From an uncultured virus (IMG/VR IMGVR_UViG_3300035187_003505) (Duplodnaviria; Heunggongvirae; Uroviricota; Caudoviricetes): a stretch of 20,000 nt of DNA. Where the stretch lies: the IMG/VR virus record IMGVR_UViG_3300035187_003505, one strand, 5' to 3'. The notes under the pieces were generated by a model. The model was not told the origin of the DNA, did no database searches, and was given only the letters and a program-made list of their open reading frames with translations. Each line of letters opens with the position of its first letter. Position 1 is the first letter of the stretch. Below, in pieces: positions 8,451 through 17,021 of this stretch. Made by a program: the position numbers and the translations under genes.

Positions 8451-9824
8451 TCAAGAAACAGTAGTGTCTACGTGATGAACTTCCCGTGAAGCTCTCGTCA
8501 CAGCAACATACATCAACTGCTTCTGTTGATCCCGTGCTTTACGATAGTCACTGTTAACGTACACGTATCTAAACGTACTGCCTTGTGATTTATGGACAGT
8601 CAACGAATAGCGAAAATCAAGATCAGCAAAGCTCGCCTTTAACGGGAAATATTGTGAAGCCCATCTGCGCTTGACTGCGCGTGAGTCATGGTGAGTACCA
8701 GATTTAGCGGCTTTGCCTTCTTTGGCAATTTCCATGCCTAAAGCCTTAAGATACTTAGCGTATTTATCAATGGCTTCCTGGTCTGCTAATACATAGAGTA
8801 GTGCTCCTTTATCAGATCTTATCTGCCAAGCAGCACAAGTGAAATCTAAAGTATCCACAGGAGTGTAATCTTCTATTAGCACAGGAGGTGCTATAATATG
8901 AACATCCTCATTATTGCTATAAATTAACTTTTCCTCTTGAATTATAGGTGATAGTGCTAACAACACATCACCCTCAATGAACCTAGGGGCATCAGCTCCC
9001 ATTAAAACAACCCGTGCCTGTCTATTAAATTCTCTACGATGCTTGTTCATATAAGTGAGCATCACAGTAGAATCATTTCCCTTGTCACTATCCAATAAAG
9101 AATTTAACCACGCTGCTACCAAAGCATCATCATTTTTGTACACGATCACATCAGTACCGCCGCCTGAAGCTGCAGCGACTTGAGGTAGATAAGGCAGAGT
9201 TCGAATCTTAGTAGCCAAATTCAATATCGCACCATCATGACGAAGTATCTCCGTTAACTTGTACTTAGTAGGAGTCTTAAATGTTGTTGACAGGCTCTTC
9301 TCATTAACAGGCATTAACTGAGCCGGATCCCCAGCATACAGAATAGGAATACCTTGCTCGACAATACCTGCTTGTATGTGCGTAGTCAAGTCAGCACCTA
9401 CCATTGAGCACTCATCGACAATGACAAAATCAACAGCGTCTAGCTCTGGTGCTCTTGTCTGAGTAAATGTCTCAGGCTTACCATATTCTGCTCGCGCAGG
9501 TTTCAAATTTAATAAGCTGTGCAGTGTAAGCGGAACAATATTATGCCTCAAATGCTGCTCTAGAGTCTGCATGTGTGTAGCAATAACTGAACAAGCTTTG
9601 TGAGTAAAGCTAGTGACTACGACATTATACTTCATCACGTCTAAAGCAATGATCAATCCCACTAATAGCATTGTCTTCCCAGTGCCTGCTGGTCCTTTAA
9701 GACTCGCTTCTAGAGGTTTACCCTCTTCATTAACTTTAACAATAATATCAGTGATAATCTTAACTTGATCTGCAGTCAGCGATGGATACCCAGCACTAGC
9801 TAAGATACTAGCAACTCGTTCCAT
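8451..9824 (-). CDS. SF1B DNA helicase (Dda/RecD-like)
   Basis: GPAGTGKT, VIVDECSM, GDPAQL, ILRH, TVHKSQGST and YVAVTRA motifs. The ORF extends to 9911; ATG 9824 (or 9848) is preferred because 9824 avoids overlap with the upstream gene. Confidence 0.92.
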   Translation of the reverse strand: MERVASILASAGYPSLTADQVKIITDIIVKVNEEGKPLEASLKGPAGTGKTMLLVGLIIALDVMKYNVVVTSFTHKACSVIATHMQTLEQHLRHNIVPLTLHSLLNLKPARAEYGKPETFTQTRAPELDAVDFVIVDECSMVGADLTTHIQAGIVEQGIPILYAGDPAQLMPVNEKSLSTTFKTPTKYKLTEILRHDGAILNLATKIRTLPYLPQVAAASGGGTDVIVYKNDDALVAAWLNSLLDSDKGNDSTVMLTYMNKHRREFNRQARVVLMGADAPRFIEGDVLLALSPIIQEEKLIYSNNEDVHIIAPPVLIEDYTPVDTLDFTCAAWQIRSDKGALLYVLADQEAIDKYAKYLKALGMEIAKEGKAAKSGTHHDSRAVKRRWASQYFPLKASFADLDFRYSLTVHKSQGSTFRYVYVNSDYRKARDQQKQLMYVAVTRASREVHHVDTTVS

Positions 9825-9828
9825 AGTC

Positions 9829-10137
9829 CTAGTCAATGCTAGATCCATTGTTGTGTCCCTGATTTGAGTGGCAGTCACTGGTGTAAGAATCGGTTGTTGA
9901 TGAAGTTGCACATTCAGCAGCTATCTGGTTAAACAAAGCTACTGAACGAGCCTGTGCCTCTTGGTGATTGTCAATCATTGCCCTAACAACGTCACTCATA
10001 GAATAAATGCGGCCATTACTTAATGACTCCACATAATCCTTCTGATCTTGACGAACATACACTGTCATCGGCACTACCTTGGAATTAGCACTCATTACAG
10101 GCATGGTTAGGGGAATGCTGAAATCACTAATCAGCAT
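9829..10137 (-). CDS. Ribbon-helix-helix-like DNA-binding protein
   Basis: VPMTVYVRQDQKDYVESLS....SMSDVVRAMID fits a beta-helix-helix RHH/CopG pattern. Confidence 0.6.
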   Translation of the reverse strand: MLISDFSIPLTMPVMSANSKVVPMTVYVRQDQKDYVESLSNGRIYSMSDVVRAMIDNHQEAQARSVALFNQIAAECATSSTTDSYTSDCHSNQGHNNGSSID

Positions 10138-10143
10138 ACCCCC

Positions 10144-10173
10144 ATCCTAACCACATTACGTCGATATGCGCAA
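10144..10173 (-). promoter_or_regulatory. Candidate sigma-70 promoter for the RHH-helicase-polA operon
   Basis: Minus strand reads ggggTTGCGC-18 nt-TAGGAT. The ATG at 10137 lies 7 nt downstream. Confidence 0.5.
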
Positions 10174-10177
10174 CCCC

Positions 10178-12937
10178 CTAAGGCTCCGAACCAGTCACCT
10201 GACCACCAAACGCATCCAACCAATCAGATAGGCCCTCGCGGGGGTGGGCCGAAGGAGGTGGTTGCAAAGTCCCTGACAGGGGCAAATCGCCCTCGGGGGC
10301 AGGGTTTGATTTTGCAACCACCTCCTCTATTTCGCCTTCTGCAGCCCCTCCGGTTGCAAAATCAGGGCTTCCTTCCAGGTCACCCTCTTCGGCCTCGGGG
10401 GGAAGCTCTGATTTTGCAACCACACCCCCCTTTAACCCCCTTGGTTGCAAAATAGTTGCAAATTTCAAAAACCCCTCACACCAAGTGTTTTGGTCATCTA
10501 CATCGAATTTCGCACCCCCCTCTTTCGATCTCTCCCCGCGAGGCACTCTGAAGAGGAGAGTGGGCCTCCCTCTCCCCTCCACCGCGACCATCCCAACCTT
10601 CTCCACCATCCCAGCCTTCTCCCAGGCCGCCAGGTGCTTCCCGATGGCCTGGCGGGACGGGAACACCTCCTGGCCGGCCCCCTCCATCCGGTGGAGCACA
10701 AATTCCCGGATGGCCTTGGGAGTGGCCCCCTCTTCCCCCGAGTCCGTCACAGCGGCCAGCACAAGGCTCCTGGGGCTGATGTCTCCGCTCCGCATCACCC
10801 CCTCCCGCTCAAGTAGGGGAGTGAGATCCTCAATGCTGTAATTAAGTTCTACATCTCTTTTTATCAGCATTCGATCCCCACTACGATCAAAGCGAGACTT
10901 ACCGATACATAAGAATCTGGAGTTAACACCAAAAGTAACTTCTTGTTCAACAGATAAATTCTGTAACTCCCATGTCTCATCGACCGCATTGTTAATACGG
11001 TCTGTTCCTCTAAACTTCGTCCCATCTTTGGTGTTATGGTGAATCCATAACAGAGAACAAGCGGGGAACCCAAACTCAGAACTCATATCACCGTTATTAA
11101 CAGACAAGGCGTACAAAGGAGCTGCGTACTCAGCTTCATTCTCTTTAACCCCCGTTTCATCTTGCGATGAAGCGAGAGAGTCAATGACAACAATGACCGG
11201 CTCTACCTTTCTGATAATATCCGCTAATTCACGCGGAAGGTCAGTTTTCCAGTTTTCTACAAAGTGGAACCAGTCTGAATTAGCCTCTGTAATGTCTTGG
11301 GCGCTTAGCTGAGCATCTAGCCGAGACTTATTCTGGTCACTAGAGATCCACAAAACATTACCCTGCCGACACTGTACGTCGATCCCTCTAATCTTAATAC
11401 ACGCTCCAGTACCAATAGCTTTGGCTAGAGCTATAGCAGTTTCAGTCTTCCCAACACCGCCCCGAGCATGTAGAAGTATCTGTGACGGGCGCCGGATCAA
11501 ACCCGGTATAATGTGTTCTTCTGGCGCAACGTCCTTTCTCCAGTCTTTATCCCGTAACAAACCTATCTCTGCATTCTTAGTAAATTGCTTATGCCGAGTA
11601 ACCAACTCCTTTAATTTTGTAGGAGTTAAGCGCATACGCCCTGTGTTCTCCGCTAAATCGGTTAAAGCAATAAACTGCTCTGAAGGATCCCTAACCTCTT
11701 TAATGATTTTCTCAGCCCTAACCAATAGTTCTATCCCTGATATAACTTCTCTAGGTACATCAGTAGTCTTCTGCACTACCAGCAAATCTTCTGGGTATCT
11801 GTATCCAAGTGCCTCTGCAATAGGTTTTATGTATCGCTCCAATTCAGAACCAACAGGACGCGGTGCGTACATATCATTAGTCTCTATCTTATGGATAAAG
11901 TCCAAAGGATCTCCATATACCTTACAGCTCTTACAATCCCAACAGCCGTTCTCTTCATTAACTTGAAACGACGTGCCACTACTGCTGTCGTGCCAAGGAC
12001 AACCATTCATCAACTGCGGTTTACTACCTCCTCTTGTCTCCCAACCATACTGGTCAAATACTGAATGTCTAAACACTAATTCAGTCAACCTAGGCTGTAA
12101 CTTTTTCTGAACTTCCTCCTTAAAGAACCAACCTCTTAATTGCCTCGGAGGTACTTGAGTGCGACCTACTTCCGATTGCAGTTCACGAATATCGTCTTCA
12201 GCTAACCATTCACTAGGCTTAACCCGCCCTTTCAGTATTTCTAACACCCATGTAGGAGCATCCTCTGGCACACCATTATTGTATTGCAGAAACCTAAATC
12301 GCCTCTTAGTATCGGGATGAGGGCTACCGGGCAACACTGACATGCACTTATTGAATCTCAGCACCAACTCTTCTTTAGGAGCACGATTCATAGTGTCGTC
12401 TTCATTAGGACGACCTTTACCGCTCCACCACACGCCATCATCCAGTAGGATCAATGATATAACATGATTCAGTTGGGAAATCATTGCCTCTGGCACTCTC
12501 CACAGCAACTGCCTACGGCCTGGTTTACCTGATGTCCACGCCATAGTGGTTTCACCCCCGAATGGCTGGTACTCCTCCCCCGAGACCGCTTTGTACCTAG
12601 CATCCGCTTCGTGCCCATCAATATCTAAAGCAATCAATCCGCCGGATAGCGCACCAGTTACTACACCAATACCTCGGTATCGAGAGTCCGACACCAATGC
12701 GGACAACATGTCCTTATGTTCTATTTTCTTACTAGCCCAACCTCTATGGAACGTATCTTTCCCCGCAACTGGGATCAACGCCCAATCATCAGGAAATACT
12801 TTTTTATCAAACATCTCACGGGCAGTACCTTTAGGTGTGCCAGATACAGCTTTCGGCGCTGAAGCACCGATTGGATCAACCGTCATGGTGTAAAATCGTG
12901 AGTGGGCTAGTTCCCAGTGGTCATCATCAAGGCTCAC
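10178..12937 (-). CDS. Multidomain primase-helicase: Prim-Pol (AEP) + Zn finger + AAA_25/RepA-like helicase + winged helix + low-complexity tail
   Basis: GIGVVTG..SGGLIALDIDG and SVLPGSPHPDT (Prim-Pol); CPWH...CWDCKSC (Zn); HARGGVGKT Walker A, VVIDS Walker B, IHHNTK; C-terminal wHTH-like SRQAIGKHLAAWEKAGMV...GRGRP. Alternative start ATG at 12886. Confidence 0.9.
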   Translation of the reverse strand: MSLDDDHWELAHSRFYTMTVDPIGASAPKAVSGTPKGTAREMFDKKVFPDDWALIPVAGKDTFHRGWASKKIEHKDMLSALVSDSRYRGIGVVTGALSGGLIALDIDGHEADARYKAVSGEEYQPFGGETTMAWTSGKPGRRQLLWRVPEAMISQLNHVISLILLDDGVWWSGKGRPNEDDTMNRAPKEELVLRFNKCMSVLPGSPHPDTKRRFRFLQYNNGVPEDAPTWVLEILKGRVKPSEWLAEDDIRELQSEVGRTQVPPRQLRGWFFKEEVQKKLQPRLTELVFRHSVFDQYGWETRGGSKPQLMNGCPWHDSSSGTSFQVNEENGCWDCKSCKVYGDPLDFIHKIETNDMYAPRPVGSELERYIKPIAEALGYRYPEDLLVVQKTTDVPREVISGIELLVRAEKIIKEVRDPSEQFIALTDLAENTGRMRLTPTKLKELVTRHKQFTKNAEIGLLRDKDWRKDVAPEEHIIPGLIRRPSQILLHARGGVGKTETAIALAKAIGTGACIKIRGIDVQCRQGNVLWISSDQNKSRLDAQLSAQDITEANSDWFHFVENWKTDLPRELADIIRKVEPVIVVIDSLASSQDETGVKENEAEYAAPLYALSVNNGDMSSEFGFPACSLLWIHHNTKDGTKFRGTDRINNAVDETWELQNLSVEQEVTFGVNSRFLCIGKSRFDRSGDRMLIKRDVELNYSIEDLTPLLEREGVMRSGDISPRSLVLAAVTDSGEEGATPKAIREFVLHRMEGAGQEVFPSRQAIGKHLAAWEKAGMVEKVGMVAVEGRGRPTLLFRVPRGERSKEGGAKFDVDDQNTWCEGFLKFATILQPRGLKGGVVAKSELPPEAEEGDLEGSPDFATGGAAEGEIEEVVAKSNPAPEGDLPLSGTLQPPPSAHPREGLSDWLDAFGGQVTGSEP
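10260..10516. repeat. Iteron-like GGTTGCAAAATC repeats in alternating orientation (candidate replication origin)
   Basis: Copies at 10260 (+), 10308-10319 (-), 10352 (+), 10408-10421 (-), 10443 (+), 10454 (+, degenerate) and 10505-10516 (-, degenerate). Confidence 0.75.
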
Positions 12938-13068
12938 TCCGGGAAGGGTGGGCCTTTTTACTGGCGCTGGGCCGCCGCCCCCAGTTTACGGCATACCTGC
13001 CTGACCTAGGCATTTTGTGGACATCCGCCTCCCACGTCCCGGCCTCCACCCCTGCGATAGGTTGACCT

Positions 13069-13302
13069 ATGTCCCTCCATGCCTTACCATTGAGCGAATC
13101 GACAGAGCCTGCAGGCGGACCCGCCAAAACCAACTACCGGCGATACGGCGTCCCCAAAAGGAAACGCCATCTGTATCTGACGGACGCGGCGCATGGTCAC
13201 CTAGCATCCCTGGCTAGTCTCCGTAATTCCTCCCCCTCGGAGGTGGCGGAGCAGATCATCCGGGCCCACCAGCAGGCTGTCTCGATCCCCACCGCCCCTT
13301 AA
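13069..13302 (+). CDS. Small RHH/CopG-like DNA-binding protein
   Basis: KRKRHLYLTDAAHGHLASLA....SPSEVAEQIIR fits an RHH pattern. First gene of the divergent rightward operon. Confidence 0.6.
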   Translation: MSLHALPLSESTEPAGGPAKTNYRRYGVPKRKRHLYLTDAAHGHLASLASLRNSSPSEVAEQIIRAHQQAVSIPTAP

Positions 13303-13349
13303 GGGGCAATTCCCGTTACCAGCTCCTTTCCCTCTTTCCTTTCAATACC

Positions 13350-14066
13350 ATGCCCGCTACCAAAGCCGCTGCTACGACTAAAGCCAAGCGCCCAACTTCT
13401 GCCTTTCTCACGGATGAACAGATCGAAGAAGTAGCTAAAGATACTCAAGGGAACGATAGTTTTGTCGGCTTGTCCAAGTTAGATGAAGGTAAACCTCATC
13501 GTTTTCGTTATCTCGGTCCAGCAGTTACTGGCTATAGTACCTGGCTCGATGTTGACGGTAAATCACGCCCTATTCGTTGGGCACGGAAACCAGTGGGTGA
13601 GGACATCCCAAGTAATATTCAGATTAACAAGGATTCTGGCAGACCTACGGAGATCAAAAGATTTATAGCTGGTTTCGTCTGGGATTACTTTAAGGAGCGT
13701 ATCCGCGTACTAAACATTGACCAGTCTACTATCCTCAGCCAGCTTCATGCTTTCATCGCTGATGAGGAAGACTACGGAGATCCGCAAGGATACGACATTA
13801 AGATCACACGGAAGGTGGAGAAAGGCTTCACCAAATACTCTCTAACCGCTTCGCCGCCCAAGGATGTATCCGCAGAAATTGACGCGGCATTTAAAGCCCT
13901 TATGAAAGGTGGTGCAGATCTAACCGTTCTATTTGAGAACGGCGACCCCTTTAACCCCGAAGCGTCTAAAGAAGAGGACGCGGGCGATGAAAAGGAGACC
14001 GCAGAAGAAGAAGAAGAAGAAGAAGAAGAAGAAGAAGAAGAAGAAGAAGAAGAAGAAGATCTCTGA
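13350..14066 (+). CDS. Single-stranded DNA-binding protein (phage OB-fold type) with acidic tail
   Basis: FRYLGPAVTGY..W...RPIRW...FIAGFVWDY..ERIRVLNIDQSTI...DYGDPQGYDIKITR...TKYSL resembles a phage SSB-like family. Extremely acidic C-terminus. Confidence 0.7.
   Translation: MPATKAAATTKAKRPTSAFLTDEQIEEVAKDTQGNDSFVGLSKLDEGKPHRFRYLGPAVTGYSTWLDVDGKSRPIRWARKPVGEDIPSNIQINKDSGRPTEIKRFIAGFVWDYFKERIRVLNIDQSTILSQLHAFIADEEDYGDPQGYDIKITRKVEKGFTKYSLTASPPKDVSAEIDAAFKALMKGGADLTVLFENGDPFNPEASKEEDAGDEKETAEEEEEEEEEEEEEEEEEEDL
14004..14057 (+). repeat. (GAA)18 perfect trinucleotide repeat encoding poly-Glu
   Basis: 18 uninterrupted GAA codons read directly from the sequence. Confidence 0.95.
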
Positions 14067-14095
14067 TTCCAACGATTACTCTCGCAATAACGACC

Positions 14096-14121
14096 GGGGC
14101 AGGCCCTTCCTGCCCCTTTTT
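14096..14121 (+). terminator. Rho-independent terminator after the SSB-like gene
   Basis: GGGGCAGG-ccctt-CCTGCCCC followed by TTTTT. Confidence 0.8.
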
Positions 14122-14153
14122 CATGTAAGCTATCTTCGACGACGCCGTTTCAG

Positions 14154-14399
14154 ATGGATCACCCGACCGCCGATCAGATCCTCCGAGTTTTCGGGCGAAA
14201 CGTTGAATTTCTGGCCGCCCGTAAGGGCATCACCCTCAAAGCCCTTGCAGCAGATCTTCAAATAACAGGCGGTGCGTTATCTCGCGCTCGTAAGGCTACT
14301 AGGTTCATCGACGTGGAGTTGCTCCTAGGTTGTGCTCGTGTTTTAGATTCTACCGCTGACGAGCTGCTACATCGTATAGAGGGGGTTACATACTTATGA
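14154..14399 (+). CDS. XRE/Cro-family HTH transcriptional regulator
   Basis: FGRNVEFLAARKGITLKALAADLQITGGALSR...LLGCARVLDSTADELL is a typical HTH_XRE pattern. Confidence 0.85.
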   Translation: MDHPTADQILRVFGRNVEFLAARKGITLKALAADLQITGGALSRARKATRFIDVELLLGCARVLDSTADELLHRIEGVTYL

Positions 14400-15085
14400 G
14401 CTTCCTAACACTCCCTAAACACACACTGGAACGCGAGGATAACCATCCACTAGGGGGACGCCACTATAATACAGAGCTTGGGTGGGCCGGAAGTGTTACA
14501 AATAAAATAGGACAGTCTAAAGACATGACTGGTATCAATGAATGGAGGGAATGGAAAGGTAAAGAAAAAGCTGATGGGATTCTAAAAGTAGCCGGATTTA
14601 GGGGAACAGGCACACACAATAACGTAGAGCAGTTTCTATTAACAGGCGGGGAACCTAAGTTCTGCATGCTACGGACTCCGTACTGGAACAGCATTAAAGA
14701 GTTCTTAGTCAAGATTGAGCATACTGCTCTAATGGAAGGCGCAGTCTGGCACCCTGATGGGTTTGCTGGATCTTTAGATCATCTAGGTTACATAATAGAA
14801 GATCGAGGAGAGATAAGCTTAAGTGACTGGAAGTCAGCCGAGAAATACATTGATGAAAGCAAAGTAGCAGGGCAGCAGAAACTCTACGATTACAAACTAC
14901 AAGTAGCCGCGTACAAAGCTGCAGCGGAGTATGTTTATAGGGATTACGGACTATACATCCCCCGAGCCCGCATCGTCCTAGCCATCCCCGACGCTGCTCC
15001 CCAGGTCTTTAAGCTAGAGGCGGACGAGCTTAAACAACTCTTTATTCACTTCCAAGCCCGCAACCGTTACGCAAACTCAAAGTAA
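14396..15085 (+). CDS. PD-(D/E)XK exonuclease (phage exonuclease family)
   Basis: SVT....SK....INEWR, RGTGTH, E......GFAGSLD, DWKS and YKLQVAAY motifs. Confidence 0.85.
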   Translation: MSFLTLPKHTLEREDNHPLGGRHYNTELGWAGSVTNKIGQSKDMTGINEWREWKGKEKADGILKVAGFRGTGTHNNVEQFLLTGGEPKFCMLRTPYWNSIKEFLVKIEHTALMEGAVWHPDGFAGSLDHLGYIIEDRGEISLSDWKSAEKYIDESKVAGQQKLYDYKLQVAAYKAAAEYVYRDYGLYIPRARIVLAIPDAAPQVFKLEADELKQLFIHFQARNRYANSK

Positions 15086-15705
15086 TGACAATGCCTACTC
15101 TTTCCCCTGTGAACACCGAATACAGGAAGCCTAAGTTGCTGATCATCGGTCACGCTCGTCATGGCAAAGACACCCTTGCTGAGAAAATAAGAGACAAAAT
15201 GGGCCTCGCGTTTATGTCCTCTTCAGTTTTTGTCGGACAGGAATGTATTTGGCATCAATGGGGCCGAAGACGTGTTTGGCATAAATGGTTCCGAAGACGC
15301 TACTCTAATTTTGATGACATGTTTGCGGATAGAGTTAATAATCGCGAAACATGGGCAAACTTGATCTCTGCCTATAATACTCCCGACAAAACACGAACGG
15401 CAAAAACTATGCTTGATCGTGGTTTTGATATGTATGTAGGTATGCGACGGTTAGACGAATTGGTGGCCTGTAGGAACGCTAGGTTATTTGATCATGTTAT
15501 CTGGGTTGATGCTATTAAGCGCCTGCCACCAGAAAGTAAAAGCTCCATGGAGCTAACTCCAAGTTGCGCAGATCTTAAATGCGACAATAACGGGCCAGAG
15601 GCGGACATGGACATATGGGTAAATAACCTACAAAGGTTTTTGCACAACTGCCGCTACGATGTTAAACTCACAGACTCTTCTGCAGTTCTAAAATATGACC
15701 GTTAG
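15085..15705 (+). CDS. P-loop kinase, deoxynucleoside monophosphate kinase-like
   Basis: LLIIGHARHGKDT P-loop; YVGMR..DE; VIWVDA..RLPPE..SSM; DNNG motifs. Confidence 0.8.
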   Translation: MTMPTLSPVNTEYRKPKLLIIGHARHGKDTLAEKIRDKMGLAFMSSSVFVGQECIWHQWGRRRVWHKWFRRRYSNFDDMFADRVNNRETWANLISAYNTPDKTRTAKTMLDRGFDMYVGMRRLDELVACRNARLFDHVIWVDAIKRLPPESKSSMELTPSCADLKCDNNGPEADMDIWVNNLQRFLHNCRYDVKLTDSSAVLKYDR

Positions 15706-15994
15706 TATCTGGCAACCAGACCCTGCCGGCTTCTTACGGGGACATCGTGTCCGATTTGCCGGCGGGCCGGTGATGACGGTCATGGATTACGAGAAAAATG
15801 GATATGAAGATGGAAGCTCGGCTATTACCTGCGGATGGTGGGTAGCTGAAGAGCTTAGAGTCGCAGATTTCCATCCTGGTGTTTTAATACACGCGCAGAT
15901 TGACACAATATGCTCAGAACCTGAGGATACCTCTGGGGAAGTGGTCGTATATCATGAGTTCTATTCTGAACCCGATCAACTAGAGCAACCATAA
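15695..15994 (+). CDS. YodC/DUF2158-like small protein
   Basis: G.RVRFAGGPVMTV....ITCGWW......DFHPGVL matches the YodC (GGP.MTV...C.W) pattern. Confidence 0.65.
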   Translation: MTVSIWQPDPAGFLRGHRVRFAGGPVMTVMDYEKNGYEDGSSAITCGWWVAEELRVADFHPGVLIHAQIDTICSEPEDTSGEVVVYHEFYSEPDQLEQP

Positions 15995-16890
15995 TGGCTA
16001 GTAACTCTGAACTTCAAGGCTATATGCAAGATGTGGGTAGACACATAGTCTTAAGTGAAGAAGCTCAAATACGCCATTGCCGTAATATCGCACTATGGCA
16101 GGCGGCTAAAGCCGATAACAGTGATTTACCAGAATCATATATATCAAAAATAAAGCGGCGCGGGCAGCATTCTATGAAGATAATGGTCGAATCGAACTTG
16201 CGCATGGTGATCACCATTGCAAAAATATATCGGGGCCGAGGATTGGAATTTCCAGATCTTATACAAGAAGGCAACATGGGCTTAATAAGAGGGTTAGAAA
16301 AATACGACCCATCTAGAGGTTACAGACTATCGACTTACTGCTATAACTGGATTAAACAATCTATCACGCGAGCACTCCACAATCAAGGGCGTGCCGTGCG
16401 CGTACCGCTAAACTACCACGAAATACTGTGTAAAGTGCAGCGCGAAAGCATGCGAGTAGAAGCAACTACTGGAGTAAAACCTTCTATTGAATACTTAGCA
16501 CTGTTCGCAAAGGTAACAGTAGAGAGACTTAAACTAATCATGGAGGATTACTCAATCACCACAGTTAGAAGCCTCTCTTGCCCAGCAGTAGAAGGTGGCA
16601 GCGAACTCATCGAGTTACTGGTGGCGGACACTCCCCCCGAGGACGACCCCTCTCCCTCCCCTTTCCCCCAGCTAGCCCTCCCCTCCAGCGAGCATCGCCA
16701 GGTCATGGCCGCGCTGCGAAGCTTACCTTCCAGAGAACACTATGTGATAGAACAGGTGGTGATCCATGGTAAGTCTTTGCAGGAAGTTGCAGATGATATA
16801 TACTTAAGTAAGTCTAGGATCGCACAGTTACTCAAGTCGGGAAAGTCTAAACTGCTCGCTAAGATGAATGAATTATCGGAGAAAGAGTAA
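15994..16890 (+). CDS. Phage-encoded RNA polymerase sigma-70 factor (RpoD/group 2-like)
   Basis: Region 1.2 YMQDVGRH.VLSEE; region 2 NLRMVITIAK.Y..RGLEFPDLIQEGNMGLIRGLEKYDPSRGYRLSTY..WIKQSITRAL; region 4 HTH SLQEVADDIYLSKSRIAQL. Confidence 0.95.
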   Translation: MASNSELQGYMQDVGRHIVLSEEAQIRHCRNIALWQAAKADNSDLPESYISKIKRRGQHSMKIMVESNLRMVITIAKIYRGRGLEFPDLIQEGNMGLIRGLEKYDPSRGYRLSTYCYNWIKQSITRALHNQGRAVRVPLNYHEILCKVQRESMRVEATTGVKPSIEYLALFAKVTVERLKLIMEDYSITTVRSLSCPAVEGGSELIELLVADTPPEDDPSPSPFPQLALPSSEHRQVMAALRSLPSREHYVIEQVVIHGKSLQEVADDIYLSKSRIAQLLKSGKSKLLAKMNELSEKE

Positions 16891-16992
16891 CTTCTTACAC
16901 AATACATATATATATACATTTTTATATAGCATGTATGTGTGATATAGCATACATGTCAATCTCACTCTTAGACTCAGTGAGACTCCAAGGGG

Positions 16993-17021
16993 TTGACACT
17001 GGGGCCGATTGGTGCTAGACT
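16993..17021 (+). promoter_or_regulatory. Early promoter P1 (sigma-70 type)
   Basis: TTGACA-17 nt-TAGACT with extended TGn. Confidence 0.75.

Noticed and set aside
10260..10516. CRISPR array or protein-level repeat explanation for the GGTTGCAAAATC repeats
   Set aside because: The repeats are only 10-14 bp, alternate in orientation and fall in different reading frames. No cas genes are adjacent.
10258..12893. Several + strand ORFs within the primase-helicase gene
   Set aside because: Antisense shadows of a gene with clear catalytic motifs.
13062..13090. Promoter TTGACC-17-TACCAT
   Set aside because: Good spacing, but it overlaps the only ATG of the RHH-like ORF (13069), so it would start transcription inside that gene. 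It could serve the SSB gene, but this cannot be resolved from sequence alone.
13294..13307. Perfect 14-bp palindrome GCCCCTTAAGGGGC over the RHH stop codon
   Set aside because: Single occurrence with no U-tract, so there is not enough support to call it an operator or terminator.
13933..14265. Poly-Lys ORF (110 aa)
   Set aside because: Alternative-frame reading of the (GAA)18 repeat that crosses a terminator.
14396..15085. Cas4 assignment for the nuclease
   Set aside because: It lacks the four-cysteine Fe-S cluster motif, so it is treated as a generic phage PD-(D/E)XK exonuclease.
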